From contig JBEQLE010000010.1 of NCBI GenBank assembly GCA_040326155.1, positions 9,454 through 73,453 on the forward strand: a stretch of 64,000 nucleotides of DNA. The letters are read 5' to 3'. Positions 29,172-39,828 of the stretch are shown piece after piece. The translations under genes and the position numbers were made by a program. The notes below the pieces were generated by a model. That model did no database searches, was not told the DNA's origin, and saw only the letters and a list, made by a program, of their open reading frames with translations. Position 1 is the first letter of the stretch. Each line of letters begins with the position of its first letter. The stretch is from Leptospirales bacterium. Lineage in GTDB: Bacteria; Spirochaetota; Leptospiria; Turneriellales; JAOUFE01.

Positions 29172-31634
29172 CTATCTTAACGTAAAACCAGCTGAATTCA
29201 ATGAAGAGATTAGACTCTCCTGGAGAGTTTTAATTTCATCATGCTCAAGTGTTCTGGTTCTGTTTCGCCAGGTCATGCGAATGGACACCGCTTTTTTGCC
29301 ATCGGGAATGGAATCCCCTTCATAAGTATTTAAGTAATCAATCGATTCCATATAGGTTTTATCGTCATTCGAAATTACCGGTTCCGAAGTTACGGCCAGT
29401 ATGTCCGCAAACGGTTGACGCTTATCCATAAGAACGGTGAGTTCGAAATCTGAATGGGGGTATTTAACGACGGGCTTGTACCCTGAGTCTGTAGTATTTC
29501 GAATTTCATTCAGATCTTCGATGAACATTTCAAAATAAAATACGGGTTTCTCGATAGAGTACTTTTTAGTATAAGCCGGGTGAATTTGTCCCCACTTGCA
29601 AATTGTATTACCTTTATTTTTATTTAGAATCTGGCCAGATCGTCCGGGGTGAAAAGAGTCTTCTGAGAGTTTTTCCCGCGATTGCTCGTAGTACGTGAGA
29701 CCAACTTTTACTAAAAGATCAGCCAGCATAGAAGACAGGGAGGTCATGACGACGTTTGGCTCTTCGGTCGATGTAATAGCCCCCGAAATAAATGATCTTT
29801 CGTTCGGCAAAGCCTCTTCTTCTTTACTGCCTTCGTTGGGAATAAAAATGCGCTCGATTTCATAGAAGCGAAGGTCCGGTCTCTCTTTATAGTTTTGTGC
29901 TATATTATGTAAAAGGCCCGGCATTGGCGAAATTCTCATGTACTCCAGATCTTTATTGACGGAGTTTTGTAGTCGAATTGCCTTTTTCGCGTATCTTTTA
30001 TCCAGATCAACATCGGATTGCGAATGAAAAGCATAGTTATATACTTCGGTAAAATGGTAGGCCCCGGACATTAACTCACGCAGGTCATGCTCAAGCGTAC
30101 GTACCAGGTTTTTAGATTTTGGAACTTCACAGCTTACGTATATGGGCTGCGGGTTCACATTTCGGTAACCCATCACGCGACCAATCTCTTCAATAAGATC
30201 TTCGGCCAGGGTAATATCAAAATAAGAGCGATAGACGGGAACTGTAATTGTAATATCGTCCTTGTCTGTTTTGCACTGCATGCCAAGCGAGTTTAAAATT
30301 TTAGTTATTTTTTCGGTGTTGGCGTCAATGTCGCCAAGGCGCTCTCGAATATAGGAGATTTTAGTTTCAATTACATTTTGTTTTGGTTTTTCTGTTTCAA
30401 CAAGATCAACGCTGCCAAGTTTTAAGTCGGGGCAGGTTTCTTTCAAAAGCTCGGCAAACCGATAAATAGACTTTACGGCATTTTCCGGGTCTTGTCCTTT
30501 TTCAAACCTTTGTGAGGCTTCGGTACGAACAGAAGTCTTAGAGATGGTCGCTCGAATGTCACTTCGGTGAAACGTCGCAGATTCTAGAAATACATTTTTA
30601 GTTTTCTCGTTTACTTCGGTATGTTCTCCGCCCATAACACCGGCAAGGGCGACTGGTTTTTCCCCATCACGTATAAGAACAATGCCTTCGGGCAGAATTA
30701 ACTCTTTAGAATCGAGTAAGGTAAGTTTTTCTGAAGCTTTCGAGTAAGAGACTTCAATATGGTCTTGAATAAACTCACGATCAAAAGCATGGTTGGGTTG
30801 AGCCGTTTCCAGCATCACAAAGTTCGAGACATCGACCACGTTGTTTATGGGACGCATTCCTGCGGCAAGCAGACGAGCCTGCATTTTCAAAGACGAAGGA
30901 GCAATGCAAACCCCTGAGAGCAAAGCCGATGAATACGCTATCGCTGAATTGTCTTTAATTTCGACAGAGGGTTTTTTTAAAGCCTTGTCAATTGACGGGT
31001 CTTCTGGAAAAGTTTCTTTAGAGGCTTTCAAAGGGTTGGCCTTTAAAGGTTTATCTAAAAGAGCGGCAAGTTCCCGGGCGATTCCAAAGTGGCCCCAAAG
31101 GTCGGGACGATGAGTAACCGATTTATTATCGATTTCAATAATATAATCGTCCAAATGAAGTAGTTGGCGAAGGTTTTTCCCAAGTGGAAAATCGTCGGGA
31201 AGCGTAAGCAAACCCGCATCTGGGTCTTCACCGGGCGCAATGACCATATCGTTTAATAATAATTCCGTAGAAGAGCAAAGCATTCCAGAGCTGTCAACTC
31301 CGCGAAGTTTAGCTTCTTTAATAACCATTCCGCCAGGTAATGTTGCACCGATTTTTGCAACTGGGTATTTTTTACCTGCTATAACATTGGGTGCTCCACA
31401 GACAATCTGGTAACTGTTTTTACCGTCACTGACTTTACAGACTTTAAGTTTGTCGGCGTCGGGGTGTGGTTGAACGTCTTCGACGAGTCCCACGACAATG
31501 TTTTCCAGATGGGGGCGAAAAGGTTCATACCCTTCCACCTCGCAGGTTTTCATTGTAAGTATATCGGAAAGTTCCTTAATCGGGATGTCCGTAAGGTCGA
31601 TATAATCGTTTATCCAATTATATGAGATATTCAT
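29172..31634 (-). CDS. pheT: Phenylalanine--tRNA ligase beta subunit
   Basis: HPDADKL, IVCGAPN, HRPD, INNVVD, RFEKG, FDX-ACB C-terminus. Confidence 0.97.
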   Translation of the reverse strand: MNISYNWINDYIDLTDIPIKELSDILTMKTCEVEGYEPFRPHLENIVVGLVEDVQPHPDADKLKVCKVSDGKNSYQIVCGAPNVIAGKKYPVAKIGATLPGGMVIKEAKLRGVDSSGMLCSSTELLLNDMVIAPGEDPDAGLLTLPDDFPLGKNLRQLLHLDDYIIEIDNKSVTHRPDLWGHFGIARELAALLDKPLKANPLKASKETFPEDPSIDKALKKPSVEIKDNSAIAYSSALLSGVCIAPSSLKMQARLLAAGMRPINNVVDVSNFVMLETAQPNHAFDREFIQDHIEVSYSKASEKLTLLDSKELILPEGIVLIRDGEKPVALAGVMGGEHTEVNEKTKNVFLESATFHRSDIRATISKTSVRTEASQRFEKGQDPENAVKSIYRFAELLKETCPDLKLGSVDLVETEKPKQNVIETKISYIRERLGDIDANTEKITKILNSLGMQCKTDKDDITITVPVYRSYFDITLAEDLIEEIGRVMGYRNVNPQPIYVSCEVPKSKNLVRTLEHDLRELMSGAYHFTEVYNYAFHSQSDVDLDKRYAKKAIRLQNSVNKDLEYMRISPMPGLLHNIAQNYKERPDLRFYEIERIFIPNEGSKEEEALPNERSFISGAITSTEEPNVVMTSLSSMLADLLVKVGLTYYEQSREKLSEDSFHPGRSGQILNKNKGNTICKWGQIHPAYTKKYSIEKPVFYFEMFIEDLNEIRNTTDSGYKPVVKYPHSDFELTVLMDKRQPFADILAVTSEPVISNDDKTYMESIDYLNTYEGDSIPDGKKAVSIRMTWRNRTRTLEHDEIKTLQESLISSLNSAGFTLR

Positions 31635-31644
31635 GAAAACTCCG

Positions 31645-32724
31645 TTAATATTTTTTAAATTGGCTTAAGAACGCCGGAAAGGCTCCCTGAAATAGACGAA
31701 TATCCTCAATTCCATGGTGCATCATAACTAAACGATTCAACCCTAACCCAAAAGCGGCGCCTTGCCATTTTTCGGGGTCAAGACCGCCGAATTTCAGTAC
31801 ATTCGGGTGAACAAGTCCGCATGGCAACACTTCGGACCAACCCGAGTTTTTACAAACAGGGCATCCTTTCCCGGAACAGATAAGGCATTTCATGTCGAGC
31901 TCGAAAGCCGGTTCGACAAATGGAAAATAGCCCGGACGCAACCGTACTTCCACTTTACGTTCAAAAATTTCTTCCAGAAGGGTGTTCATCAGGTGCAGAA
32001 GGTTTGATATGCTGACAGTTTTATCGATCACCATGCCTTCCATCTGGTAAAAAGTGTGTTCGTGAGAAGCGTCAAGTTCTTCGTAACGAAAAACCCTTCC
32101 CGGCACAATAATACGCATGGGAGGGGATAGTTTTGCCATGCCCCGAATCTGGACTGTAGAAGTATGAGTTCGTAACAGGTGGTCTTGTTCCGTGTAAATA
32201 GTATCCTGCATTTCACGCGCAGGATGGTCTTCGGTAAAATTCAGAGCAACAAAATTATTGTAATCGGTTTCTACCTGGGGACCATCAATAATGCTAAAAC
32301 CCATGGAGGTAAAAATACCTTCCAGGCGCTTTTGCATAGAAGAAATGGGGTGAATATATCCTCTCTGATCTCCCGGATTTCCAGGAAAAAACCCATTCGG
32401 AAAACGGGGTGGCAGCGAAGTTGTGTCAAACCACTCTTCTTCTTCCAGACTTTTGTAATATTCCTGTTCGAGCCTTTCAGTGTGTTCGGTAAAATAGTTT
32501 TCAAATTTAGTCTTTAACTCGTTGGCATGTTTCCCAATTTCAGCCCGTTCGGTATTTGAAACTTTCCCGAGTTGTTTTAATATTTGGGTGAGTTTACCTT
32601 TTTTCCCAGAAAACTCAATACGAGCATCTTCCAGATCTTTTTGTGCTTTTGCTTCATTTAGACGAGCAACAAGCAGTTCGTCTAATTCCGTAAGTTCTTT
32701 TATAATGGCATCTGCCGCAGACAT
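31645..32724 (-). CDS. pheS: Phenylalanine--tRNA ligase alpha subunit
   Basis: HPAREMQDT, LLRTHTS, FYQMEG, YFPFVEP, AFGLG. Confidence 0.97.
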   Translation of the reverse strand: MSAADAIIKELTELDELLVARLNEAKAQKDLEDARIEFSGKKGKLTQILKQLGKVSNTERAEIGKHANELKTKFENYFTEHTERLEQEYYKSLEEEEWFDTTSLPPRFPNGFFPGNPGDQRGYIHPISSMQKRLEGIFTSMGFSIIDGPQVETDYNNFVALNFTEDHPAREMQDTIYTEQDHLLRTHTSTVQIRGMAKLSPPMRIIVPGRVFRYEELDASHEHTFYQMEGMVIDKTVSISNLLHLMNTLLEEIFERKVEVRLRPGYFPFVEPAFELDMKCLICSGKGCPVCKNSGWSEVLPCGLVHPNVLKFGGLDPEKWQGAAFGLGLNRLVMMHHGIEDIRLFQGAFPAFLSQFKKY

Positions 32725-32808
32725 ACGGCAAAAACGTTTTCAAAAACTCATTGTCAAACGAAATCGAGGTAGATCGACCTCCGAGTTTAAGGAATACAAT
32801 TAAAGATC

Positions 32809-35800
32809 TTAATATTTTTTCATGTCGTGTATTTGGATTTTATATTGTAGAGAATCGGGATCATTTAACCGTCGCAGGTTTATGCCGGTCGGGGTCCGGT
32901 CGCAGGCGTTTTGGTATTCGCAGTAGCGGCATGGCCCGAGCCACGTATTTGACTGAGCGGACGATTTCATTGGAGCCGAAAAAAAATACCCTTTTTGTAA
33001 CAGCCCGTTCAGGGCGTCCGTCGCGCCTTGAAATTCATCGACCAGAGAGCCATTTACAGCCTCAGCGCTTGAGTACGATTTTTCCAGAAAAAGCATCTCC
33101 AGACCGGGCGGTTTATCTACGACAAATGCATAAGCCCCCCCGATGGAAAAGTCTTCCTTCGGTTTTACCTTTTCTTTCAGTAAAGAGTCGCAACCGGCAA
33201 GGGCTTTTATATACACCGGCAGTTGGGCGTAAATAAGCGACTGAATATTTCCCGCATCGGTAAGAGACTTTTTGAATCGACCGGTTTTATAATCAATAAC
33301 AACCAGAGTATTTGTTTGCGGCGAATAGTCGACACGATCAATTCTACCAGACAGTACAAAAGGGCCGAAATCCAGCTCTTTAAAGGGTAGCTCCGTAGCA
33401 ACAGGGCCAAATTCACTTAAAGGATGTTTTTCCATTTGACAGGTTTTAAAGAAATTTTCAAAGTATGTAATAAAAATGGATCGAAGATTGAATTTTTGCG
33501 CTTCGAACAAAAGTCTTGTATGTCTGCGCTGCCCGGTGGACAACGATTTCATAGCTTCCGAAAAGCACTCTTCCAGTACATTATCCAGTTCCGGTTTTTG
33601 AATACCTGTTGAAATTTCTCTATAGGTCGCACGGGGAAAACGCTCTTGCATTTTATCGATAAAGATTTTTGCCGCAATATGAAAAGCATTACCCCTCTCT
33701 CTGGAGTCTAGCGGTTGGTCCGTCTCAGAATTATCAATATCTTCGACTGACAATATTTTTTGAAACCAGAACCGTTGAGGGCAGGAGGAGAGAATTTCCA
33801 GTGCTCCCGCTGAACCCACAATTTGAGAATTTTGCGTTTCACCGGTTTTACCAAAATTCGTTTCATATTCGGGACCGGGCGTCAGCCTCATTTTAATATT
33901 CAGAAATTCCTGAAACTCTGAATTAAAATCATCCAGAAAAATTTCAGACCCGGCTGTGTAATCGGAAATCATTTCGGATACTTCATCATTCGCCGTTTTA
34001 GATTCAAAACACGATTGTAAAATTTCAATACATACCGGGGAGGGAGTCGCATCGGTTTCACCGGAATACGAGAGCATAACGCCGAGCGAAGTCATTTTTA
34101 AAGATTCAAATAACAGCTCTTTTTGCTGCATATAGTTTCGTTGCAAAATATATTTTCGCGCTACGGCAACATCGGTAACCAGCCCTGAATTTCTATAATG
34201 AAGCGGAAAAGACGAAGCGTTCAAGCCGGTAATAAAAAGATAAGATACGGGAGAGTGAAGTCCCTCCTGAATATCGCGCGCAGAGATGGCCCCCTCTTTT
34301 TGGTCAATTTTAACATCCGAAACATTTTCAAGAGGTTTTGAAATTTGAACCATCTCCTCTTCAAGTACTTTAAAAAATGAACCGGAACTGATTCCCTCCG
34401 GAAACAGACCGTCCAGACTTACAAAATTGTTTAATAATTTACCAAGTTTTTCGAGGCTTATTTCTCCATCGGTATATGTGCTGCTTTTAATGTATTTCAA
34501 GGCAAGATCGGATAGTCGTTCTGCATATTCCGAAGGCAGAAGTTTAGATGGAAGATTCACTTTATCTTCGTTTATTTTTCCGAGAGCTTTAATCGCATAC
34601 TGAAGCAGGGGTTTTTCATCTTCTTTCGTTTTAACATTTTGCAGCTCTTTTTTAAATTCAGTAAAACTAAGTTCTTTGCCGGGCTCCACAGTTGTTTTTA
34701 CGATAAAATCCATAAAGCGTACCATCGGCTCGTCAATATGAGAAGCCATAATATTTTCTTTATTAAATACAGGGTTATTTAATATATCCGTAAAATCTTC
34801 CGGTAAAACTTTTCGACGATCAGGTTTTAACATTTTCAGCAGAGAAAAAAACAGCGAAAACACAGGGTCACTTAGAGCTAAAACACCTTCGGGGCAATCG
34901 AGTTTCAGACCGAAACGGGAAAGACAAAACTGCAACGCCATCGCTTGTTCGGGCCTGGCGTATAAAATCAAGATCTCGGAGGCTGGAATTCCTTTAGAAC
35001 GAAGATCGTTAATCGACCGTGCAACCATTTCAGCCTCATTGGTTACCGTATCTGTTTTTCGAGCCTTTAGCTGTTTCTCATTTTCAGAGCTGGCGAAAAA
35101 GATACTCTCCTTGTTGGAAGTTTCTGAAAACACCATTTTTCCATGGACAGACTTGTCAGGTATTGTTTTAATTCTACGGATGGATGTGGCATTCGGCTGA
35201 ATTGAGTTTTGCAGAAATTCATCCAGGTCCGCCTCGGCGTTCGATTCAGGGTGTGTAAAAACCGTCCATTCCGCATGGTGTACTTTCGACAATAGTTCCA
35301 GCATCAGTTTTTCCACCACAGATATGTGGGTCGGGTAGAGGTAAATTATATTCAGGTCGGTTTTTTGTACGGACGAACTCTCTTTTTCAAAATCACGGAT
35401 GAACTGTTGTAAACTAATAAAACCCCTGGATTGAATAACCCGATCGAGTTCGTTAAAAATGAAAGAGATATCTTCGTATGGTTCATGAATAGAATCACTT
35501 TGCGCATCAGGACTGGAAGGCAGGTCATCTGTTTTCCAGTCAGGACTGGAAAGCAGCTCATCTGTTTTTTCAAACCAGTGGAAGGTGTGCCAGAGGTTGA
35601 GTAGCTCTTTAGCAAAACCCGCAAGGGGAACAATCTCGCGCAGGCTCTTCAGACGCTTTAAAATATTTTCGTTCGAGAGCAGTTCAAAAAGTATCGCTTT
35701 ATATGCAGATTCTTTTAATAGAACTTTTTCACTCCCGGGAATTTCGTAGAATACTTTTCTGAACCATAGTCGAGGCGTAAAAAGCGATGTATGAAAAATG

Positions 35801-35958
35801 GTCTTTCGCGACTCAGAAATGGCCTCATGAATTAAGATTCTATAACGCATCATATCGATCGTGTTCGGACAAAGCACTATAGTCTCTTTGTGGGCCCCGA
35901 GCAAGTCGCCGATTTGTTCCGGAAACGAGGGATTACTTGTTTTGGTCTTCTTCGGCAT
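32809..35958 (-). CDS. AddB/RexB-like PD-(D/E)XK nuclease family protein
   Basis: C-terminal CPQRF, RGNAFH, GRIDRVD, IDYKTG, CRYCEYQNAC (Fe-S staple). Confidence 0.8.
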   Translation of the reverse strand: MPKKTKTSNPSFPEQIGDLLGAHKETIVLCPNTIDMMRYRILIHEAISESRKTIFHTSLFTPRLWFRKVFYEIPGSEKVLLKESAYKAILFELLSNENILKRLKSLREIVPLAGFAKELLNLWHTFHWFEKTDELLSSPDWKTDDLPSSPDAQSDSIHEPYEDISFIFNELDRVIQSRGFISLQQFIRDFEKESSSVQKTDLNIIYLYPTHISVVEKLMLELLSKVHHAEWTVFTHPESNAEADLDEFLQNSIQPNATSIRRIKTIPDKSVHGKMVFSETSNKESIFFASSENEKQLKARKTDTVTNEAEMVARSINDLRSKGIPASEILILYARPEQAMALQFCLSRFGLKLDCPEGVLALSDPVFSLFFSLLKMLKPDRRKVLPEDFTDILNNPVFNKENIMASHIDEPMVRFMDFIVKTTVEPGKELSFTEFKKELQNVKTKEDEKPLLQYAIKALGKINEDKVNLPSKLLPSEYAERLSDLALKYIKSSTYTDGEISLEKLGKLLNNFVSLDGLFPEGISSGSFFKVLEEEMVQISKPLENVSDVKIDQKEGAISARDIQEGLHSPVSYLFITGLNASSFPLHYRNSGLVTDVAVARKYILQRNYMQQKELLFESLKMTSLGVMLSYSGETDATPSPVCIEILQSCFESKTANDEVSEMISDYTAGSEIFLDDFNSEFQEFLNIKMRLTPGPEYETNFGKTGETQNSQIVGSAGALEILSSCPQRFWFQKILSVEDIDNSETDQPLDSRERGNAFHIAAKIFIDKMQERFPRATYREISTGIQKPELDNVLEECFSEAMKSLSTGQRRHTRLLFEAQKFNLRSIFITYFENFFKTCQMEKHPLSEFGPVATELPFKELDFGPFVLSGRIDRVDYSPQTNTLVVIDYKTGRFKKSLTDAGNIQSLIYAQLPVYIKALAGCDSLLKEKVKPKEDFSIGGAYAFVVDKPPGLEMLFLEKSYSSAEAVNGSLVDEFQGATDALNGLLQKGYFFSAPMKSSAQSNTWLGPCRYCEYQNACDRTPTGINLRRLNDPDSLQYKIQIHDMKKY

Positions 35959-36748
35959 TGTTAATAAATTTCGATGGACTTCCGGGAAACAGGCGGGGAC
36001 GGGAATATTGGTACAAAACCGGAAACTCAGCTCGCCATTTGAGAATTTCGGCGAGGTGAACCTGGTAGTCTTTGCCGGTCTGGGCGCTGCCCAGGTTGAG
36101 TAAAATGTCTCCTTTGGGGTGAATGACCATTGAGTTTCCTGCCATAATTGTCTTCCCGCTTTTACCGATTGTGTTTACCAGGATAATATAACATTGATTT
36201 TCAATTGCTCTTGCTTTGGCAAGCGCTATCATATGATCTTTTCTCTCTTGAGGCCATTGGGCCATTATAATAATGGCATCCACTTCTTTTTTGGCATACT
36301 TTCGAAAGAGTTCGGGAAAACGTAGGTCGTAACAAATTGCCAGTCCAATATAGAGCTCTTTATACTTAATAATAGAAGTTTTTTTACCTGCATGTAAGAA
36401 TTCATTCTCCCGAAACGTCGGTATAAGGTGAACTTTATCATACATGGATATAATATCGCCCTGGTCGTCGATAAAAAAAGCGCGATTTGTATATTTCTTT
36501 TTTTCTTTCCAGAATAAAGAGCCACAAAACGCTGTGCTGTGTTTGCGACACTGATTAGAAATTGTATGTATAAAATCTTTATTTTTTTTCGAGATAGAAG
36601 ACAGTTCTTTATATTGAAAACCACTCGTAAAAACTTCCGGTGATACAATTAAGTCGTACAACGAACTTTTTTCAAAGACTTCCAGAACTTGCTGAAAATT
36701 GTTTTCAATATCATCGTGTAGGTTGAACTGGTTTAAATACAGGCGCAT
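35933..36748 (-). CDS. Carbon-nitrogen hydrolase (nitrilase/omega-amidase family)
   Basis: E-K-C triad: PEVF, YDKVHL, ICYDLRFPE; ARAIENQ. Confidence 0.92.
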   Translation of the reverse strand: MRLYLNQFNLHDDIENNFQQVLEVFEKSSLYDLIVSPEVFTSGFQYKELSSISKKNKDFIHTISNQCRKHSTAFCGSLFWKEKKKYTNRAFFIDDQGDIISMYDKVHLIPTFRENEFLHAGKKTSIIKYKELYIGLAICYDLRFPELFRKYAKKEVDAIIIMAQWPQERKDHMIALAKARAIENQCYIILVNTIGKSGKTIMAGNSMVIHPKGDILLNLGSAQTGKDYQVHLAEILKWRAEFPVLYQYSRPRLFPGSPSKFINNAEEDQNK

Positions 36749-36788
36749 GGTAGGTATAAAGTACTAATAAATAGAAAAACGGTGTCAA

Positions 36789-37277
36789 CTAATTACCTTT
36801 AATCTTTTGCATTAAAATGGAAGCCTGAGCGGCGATTCCCTCCGCCCTTCCTGTAAAACCCAGTTTTTCGGTGGTGGTTGCTTTAATACTGATAGCGCTT
36901 TGTGCCACCTGGAACCAATCGGAGATTTTTTGAATTATCTCATCGCGGTGGGGGGCTATTTTCGGGGCTTCGCAAAGAATAACAGCGTCAAGGTTTCCCA
37001 GCTCATATCCCTTGCGGGCGGCTTCTTCAATGGCAAAAAGTAGAAATTCAGAGCTGTCCCTGTTTTTGTTTTCTGGCAGAGTATCGGGAAAGTGAACACC
37101 TATGTCGCCTGAAGCGACAGACCCTAAAACAGCGTCGGTAATGGCGTGTAATAACACATCAGCGTCAGAGTGACCCGCCAGAGAAAAAGGGGCCGAAATT
37201 TTCACTCCTCCGAGTATTACGAAATCTCCCGGGATGGTCGCATGCACGTCGAAGCCGGAACCTATACGAAAATTCAT
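36789..37277 (-). CDS. ispF: 2-C-methyl-D-erythritol 2,4-cyclodiphosphate synthase
   Basis: GFDVH, GHSDADV, GDIGVHFPD, KATTTEKLGF. Confidence 0.97.
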   Translation of the reverse strand: MNFRIGSGFDVHATIPGDFVILGGVKISAPFSLAGHSDADVLLHAITDAVLGSVASGDIGVHFPDTLPENKNRDSSEFLLFAIEEAARKGYELGNLDAVILCEAPKIAPHRDEIIQKISDWFQVAQSAISIKATTTEKLGFTGRAEGIAAQASILMQKIKGN

Positions 37278-37993
37278 TGAATATCCTCCGGGTATGTTAT
37301 TTTAATATTCTCGGAGTCGCCCGTAAAAGTAAAAACATTATATCCCATTGCTTTCATGAACGAACCCTCGTCAGTAAAGTCTACAAAATTTTCCTTCGAT
37401 GTTGACTTTTGACGCAGTGCGGTAGCTAAAGAAGGCCCATATAATAACTGTGGCGTTTGGATACGAAATAGTTCAGACCGGTCCACATAATTTTCTAATC
37501 TGTTTTCTGTGGCTCGGCATATAGAATCATTTACCGGTATAACGGGTAAAAAAACGGGTTTTTCAGGCGATAGTTGCAATAACGACTTTTGAATACCTGT
37601 TAAAAAGTCAGGGCTTACATATGGACGATTCGCATCGTGAACCAGAATATGAATGTTTTGATCGAACTTTTCTATTGCGTACTGTGCTCCCAAAACAAAA
37701 CTTTCATGGCGGGAATTTCCACCTGAAACCACCGAGCATTCACTTTCGGGGAATTTTGTTTGAAGCAGGTTGAGTGAGTTATGAAGAAGGGGCAGGTCTA
37801 AATATTGGGGATTGACCACCAGAACGACTTTTTCCAGCGAAAATTCACTCAGAAATTTTTCGAGCGTGACATGAAATACAGGAAGATTGGCACCCGGTAA
37901 AGGGTGAAACTGCTTTGGAACCGAACCCCCGAAACGGGAGCCGGTTCCACTCATCAGCAGTAGTAATACGTTTTTATTAACTTTTTGTGGCAA
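37274..37993 (-). CDS. ispD: 2-C-methyl-D-erythritol 4-phosphate cytidylyltransferase
   Basis: SGTGSRFG...[23 protein letters not shown]. Confidence 0.9.
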   Translation of the reverse strand: MPQKVNKNVLLLLMSGTGSRFGGSVPKQFHPLPGANLPVFHVTLEKFLSEFSLEKVVLVVNPQYLDLPLLHNSLNLLQTKFPESECSVVSGGNSRHESFVLGAQYAIEKFDQNIHILVHDANRPYVSPDFLTGIQKSLLQLSPEKPVFLPVIPVNDSICRATENRLENYVDRSELFRIQTPQLLYGPSLATALRQKSTSKENFVDFTDEGSFMKAMGYNVFTFTGDSENIKITYPEDIQ

Positions 37994-38957
37994 CTTTGGT
38001 AAAAATCATTTTGCCGGCGTTCGTCTGAATAACGCTGGTAACATCGACTCTTAATTTCTTGCCGAGAAGTTTTCGGGCATTTTCAATGACAACCATAGTT
38101 CCATCTTCAAGGTATCCGATACCCTGGTTGTCATCTTTACCTTCTTTAACAACTTGAACTTCCATCTCTTCGCCCGGCAATACTACCGGTTTCAAGGCGT
38201 TTGCTAGATTATTAATATTTAGAACATCGACTTCTTGCAATTCAGCAACCTTGTTCAGGTTAAAGTCGTTTGTAATGAGTTTTCCACCCATTTCCCGAGC
38301 CAGTTTTACCAGCTTGGCATCCACTTCGCGCGTGTCAGTATAATCGACATAAGAGATGCGGACTTCAAGGTCGTCTCTTTTTTGAAGTGCGTTTAGCATT
38401 TCTAATCCCCGACGACCTCTGTTTCGTTTAATGGCATCGGCTGAATCTGAAATCAGCTGAATTTCCCGTAAAACAAAGTTAGGAACAATCAAAGGCCCTT
38501 CAATAAAGCCAGTGGAAGCCAGGTCGATAATTCTACCATCAATTACGATACTTGTATCGAGAATTTTAACGGTAAGATCACCTGCGTGAGTTTCAGAGAC
38601 CTCAGGTTTGCCTGAAATGCCTACTCCTGTTAATCCACCGTCTCTCTGGAATCGGTAAAAGGTGTAACTAACCAGTGTGAGCATTGTACCAAGCACAATG
38701 TTGCTGACATAAATTGGATATTTCGCTAAAAACGGGGTTAATAACCCAAATCCAACTATGGCAACAATAAGCCCTACAACAACAGATGTAACGCTCCCTC
38801 GGTTTGATTTGTTTTTAATTAAATCAATTATAAACGGTGTAACGACGATTATTACTATAGCTATTCCAGCTGCAATAAAACCAATCGGCGCTTCCGTAGT
38901 TAATGCTGTTAGCGCAGCGATGCCTGCTGCGATAAGGTATACATACAATTTGGACAT
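37977..38957 (-). CDS. PIN/TRAM domain membrane protein (YacL-like)
   Basis: TM N-terminus, [35 protein letters not shown]. Confidence 0.93.
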   Translation of the reverse strand: MSKLYVYLIAAGIAALTALTTEAPIGFIAAGIAIVIIVVTPFIIDLIKNKSNRGSVTSVVVGLIVAIVGFGLLTPFLAKYPIYVSNIVLGTMLTLVSYTFYRFQRDGGLTGVGISGKPEVSETHAGDLTVKILDTSIVIDGRIIDLASTGFIEGPLIVPNFVLREIQLISDSADAIKRNRGRRGLEMLNALQKRDDLEVRISYVDYTDTREVDAKLVKLAREMGGKLITNDFNLNKVAELQEVDVLNINNLANALKPVVLPGEEMEVQVVKEGKDDNQGIGYLEDGTMVVIENARKLLGKKLRVDVTSVIQTNAGKMIFTKVATKS

Positions 38958-39011
38958 AATCTTCCTCCTATTAATAAGTTTTGACAGACTTATTTCAGGA
39001 AGATTTATCGT

Positions 39012-39491
39012 TTATCCCGATAACACTTCGGAGATTTGGTTGCTTGCCTCTTCAACTTCTACATTTTGTGCCAAGGCAACTTCGTTAATGATAAGGCTAT
39101 AAGCCGATTCATAAAGTTTTCTCTCCATAATCGAGAGTTCCTTGTCTCTAGCCCGCTTGTATAAATTTCTACAAACTTCAGAAACCGAAAGAACAGAGCC
39201 TGACTTTACTTTCAGCAGGTTATTTTGATACCGGATTTTCCAGTCCTCTTCCGTTTCTTCATACTCTTCCCTGAGTAGTTTCAGGATTTTAGCTACTTCT
39301 TTCTTTTTAATAATATGGCGCAAGCCGATTTCGACCGCCGTTGGCGTCGGAATCATTACCTTCATTTTGGTGTTGATCAGTTCTACTACGTAGTATTCCT
39401 TTTTTTCATTCAGCACGGTTTTCTTGGTAATCTCAACAATAGTACCAACTCCGTGCATAGGATAAACGACATAATCTCCTTTTTTAAACAT
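39012..39491 (-). CDS. carD: CarD family transcriptional regulator
   Basis: [15 protein letters not shown], conserved Trp in DWKIRY. Confidence 0.93.
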   Translation of the reverse strand: MFKKGDYVVYPMHGVGTIVEITKKTVLNEKKEYYVVELINTKMKVMIPTPTAVEIGLRHIIKKKEVAKILKLLREEYEETEEDWKIRYQNNLLKVKSGSVLSVSEVCRNLYKRARDKELSIMERKLYESAYSLIINEVALAQNVEVEEASNQISEVLSG

Positions 39492-39787
39492 AATCTGCCA
39501 GTATAATTTCGCTCTGCTGTCTTTTCGGGTTAGATTTTCTTTTAGAACCGAAAAGTAATAAAAAAACAGAGATAGATTTGTATTTCACTTGCAATAGACA
39601 TAGTGTCAAAGGTTTTTTTACGAGTAACCACCATAGAGTGTATCTGATGTAAATATACAAAAAAAACACATTTTGATCTAATTACTTGTTGTTTTACCGG
39701 TAAAGCAAACGTCAAATAGTAAGACGATAACATGGGACATTCACTATTTGTTTTTGAATATCCTGTGAAATAGCCTCCTACATTACA

Positions 39788-39814
39788 AGGCCGCTCTTAG
39801 CGGCCCTTTTTTTT
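39788..39814 (+). terminator. Intrinsic terminator-like hairpin
   Basis: GGCCGCT-CTT-AGCGGCC followed by C and T8 on the + strand. Confidence 0.7.
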
Positions 39815-39828
39815 CTATATTCCAAACA

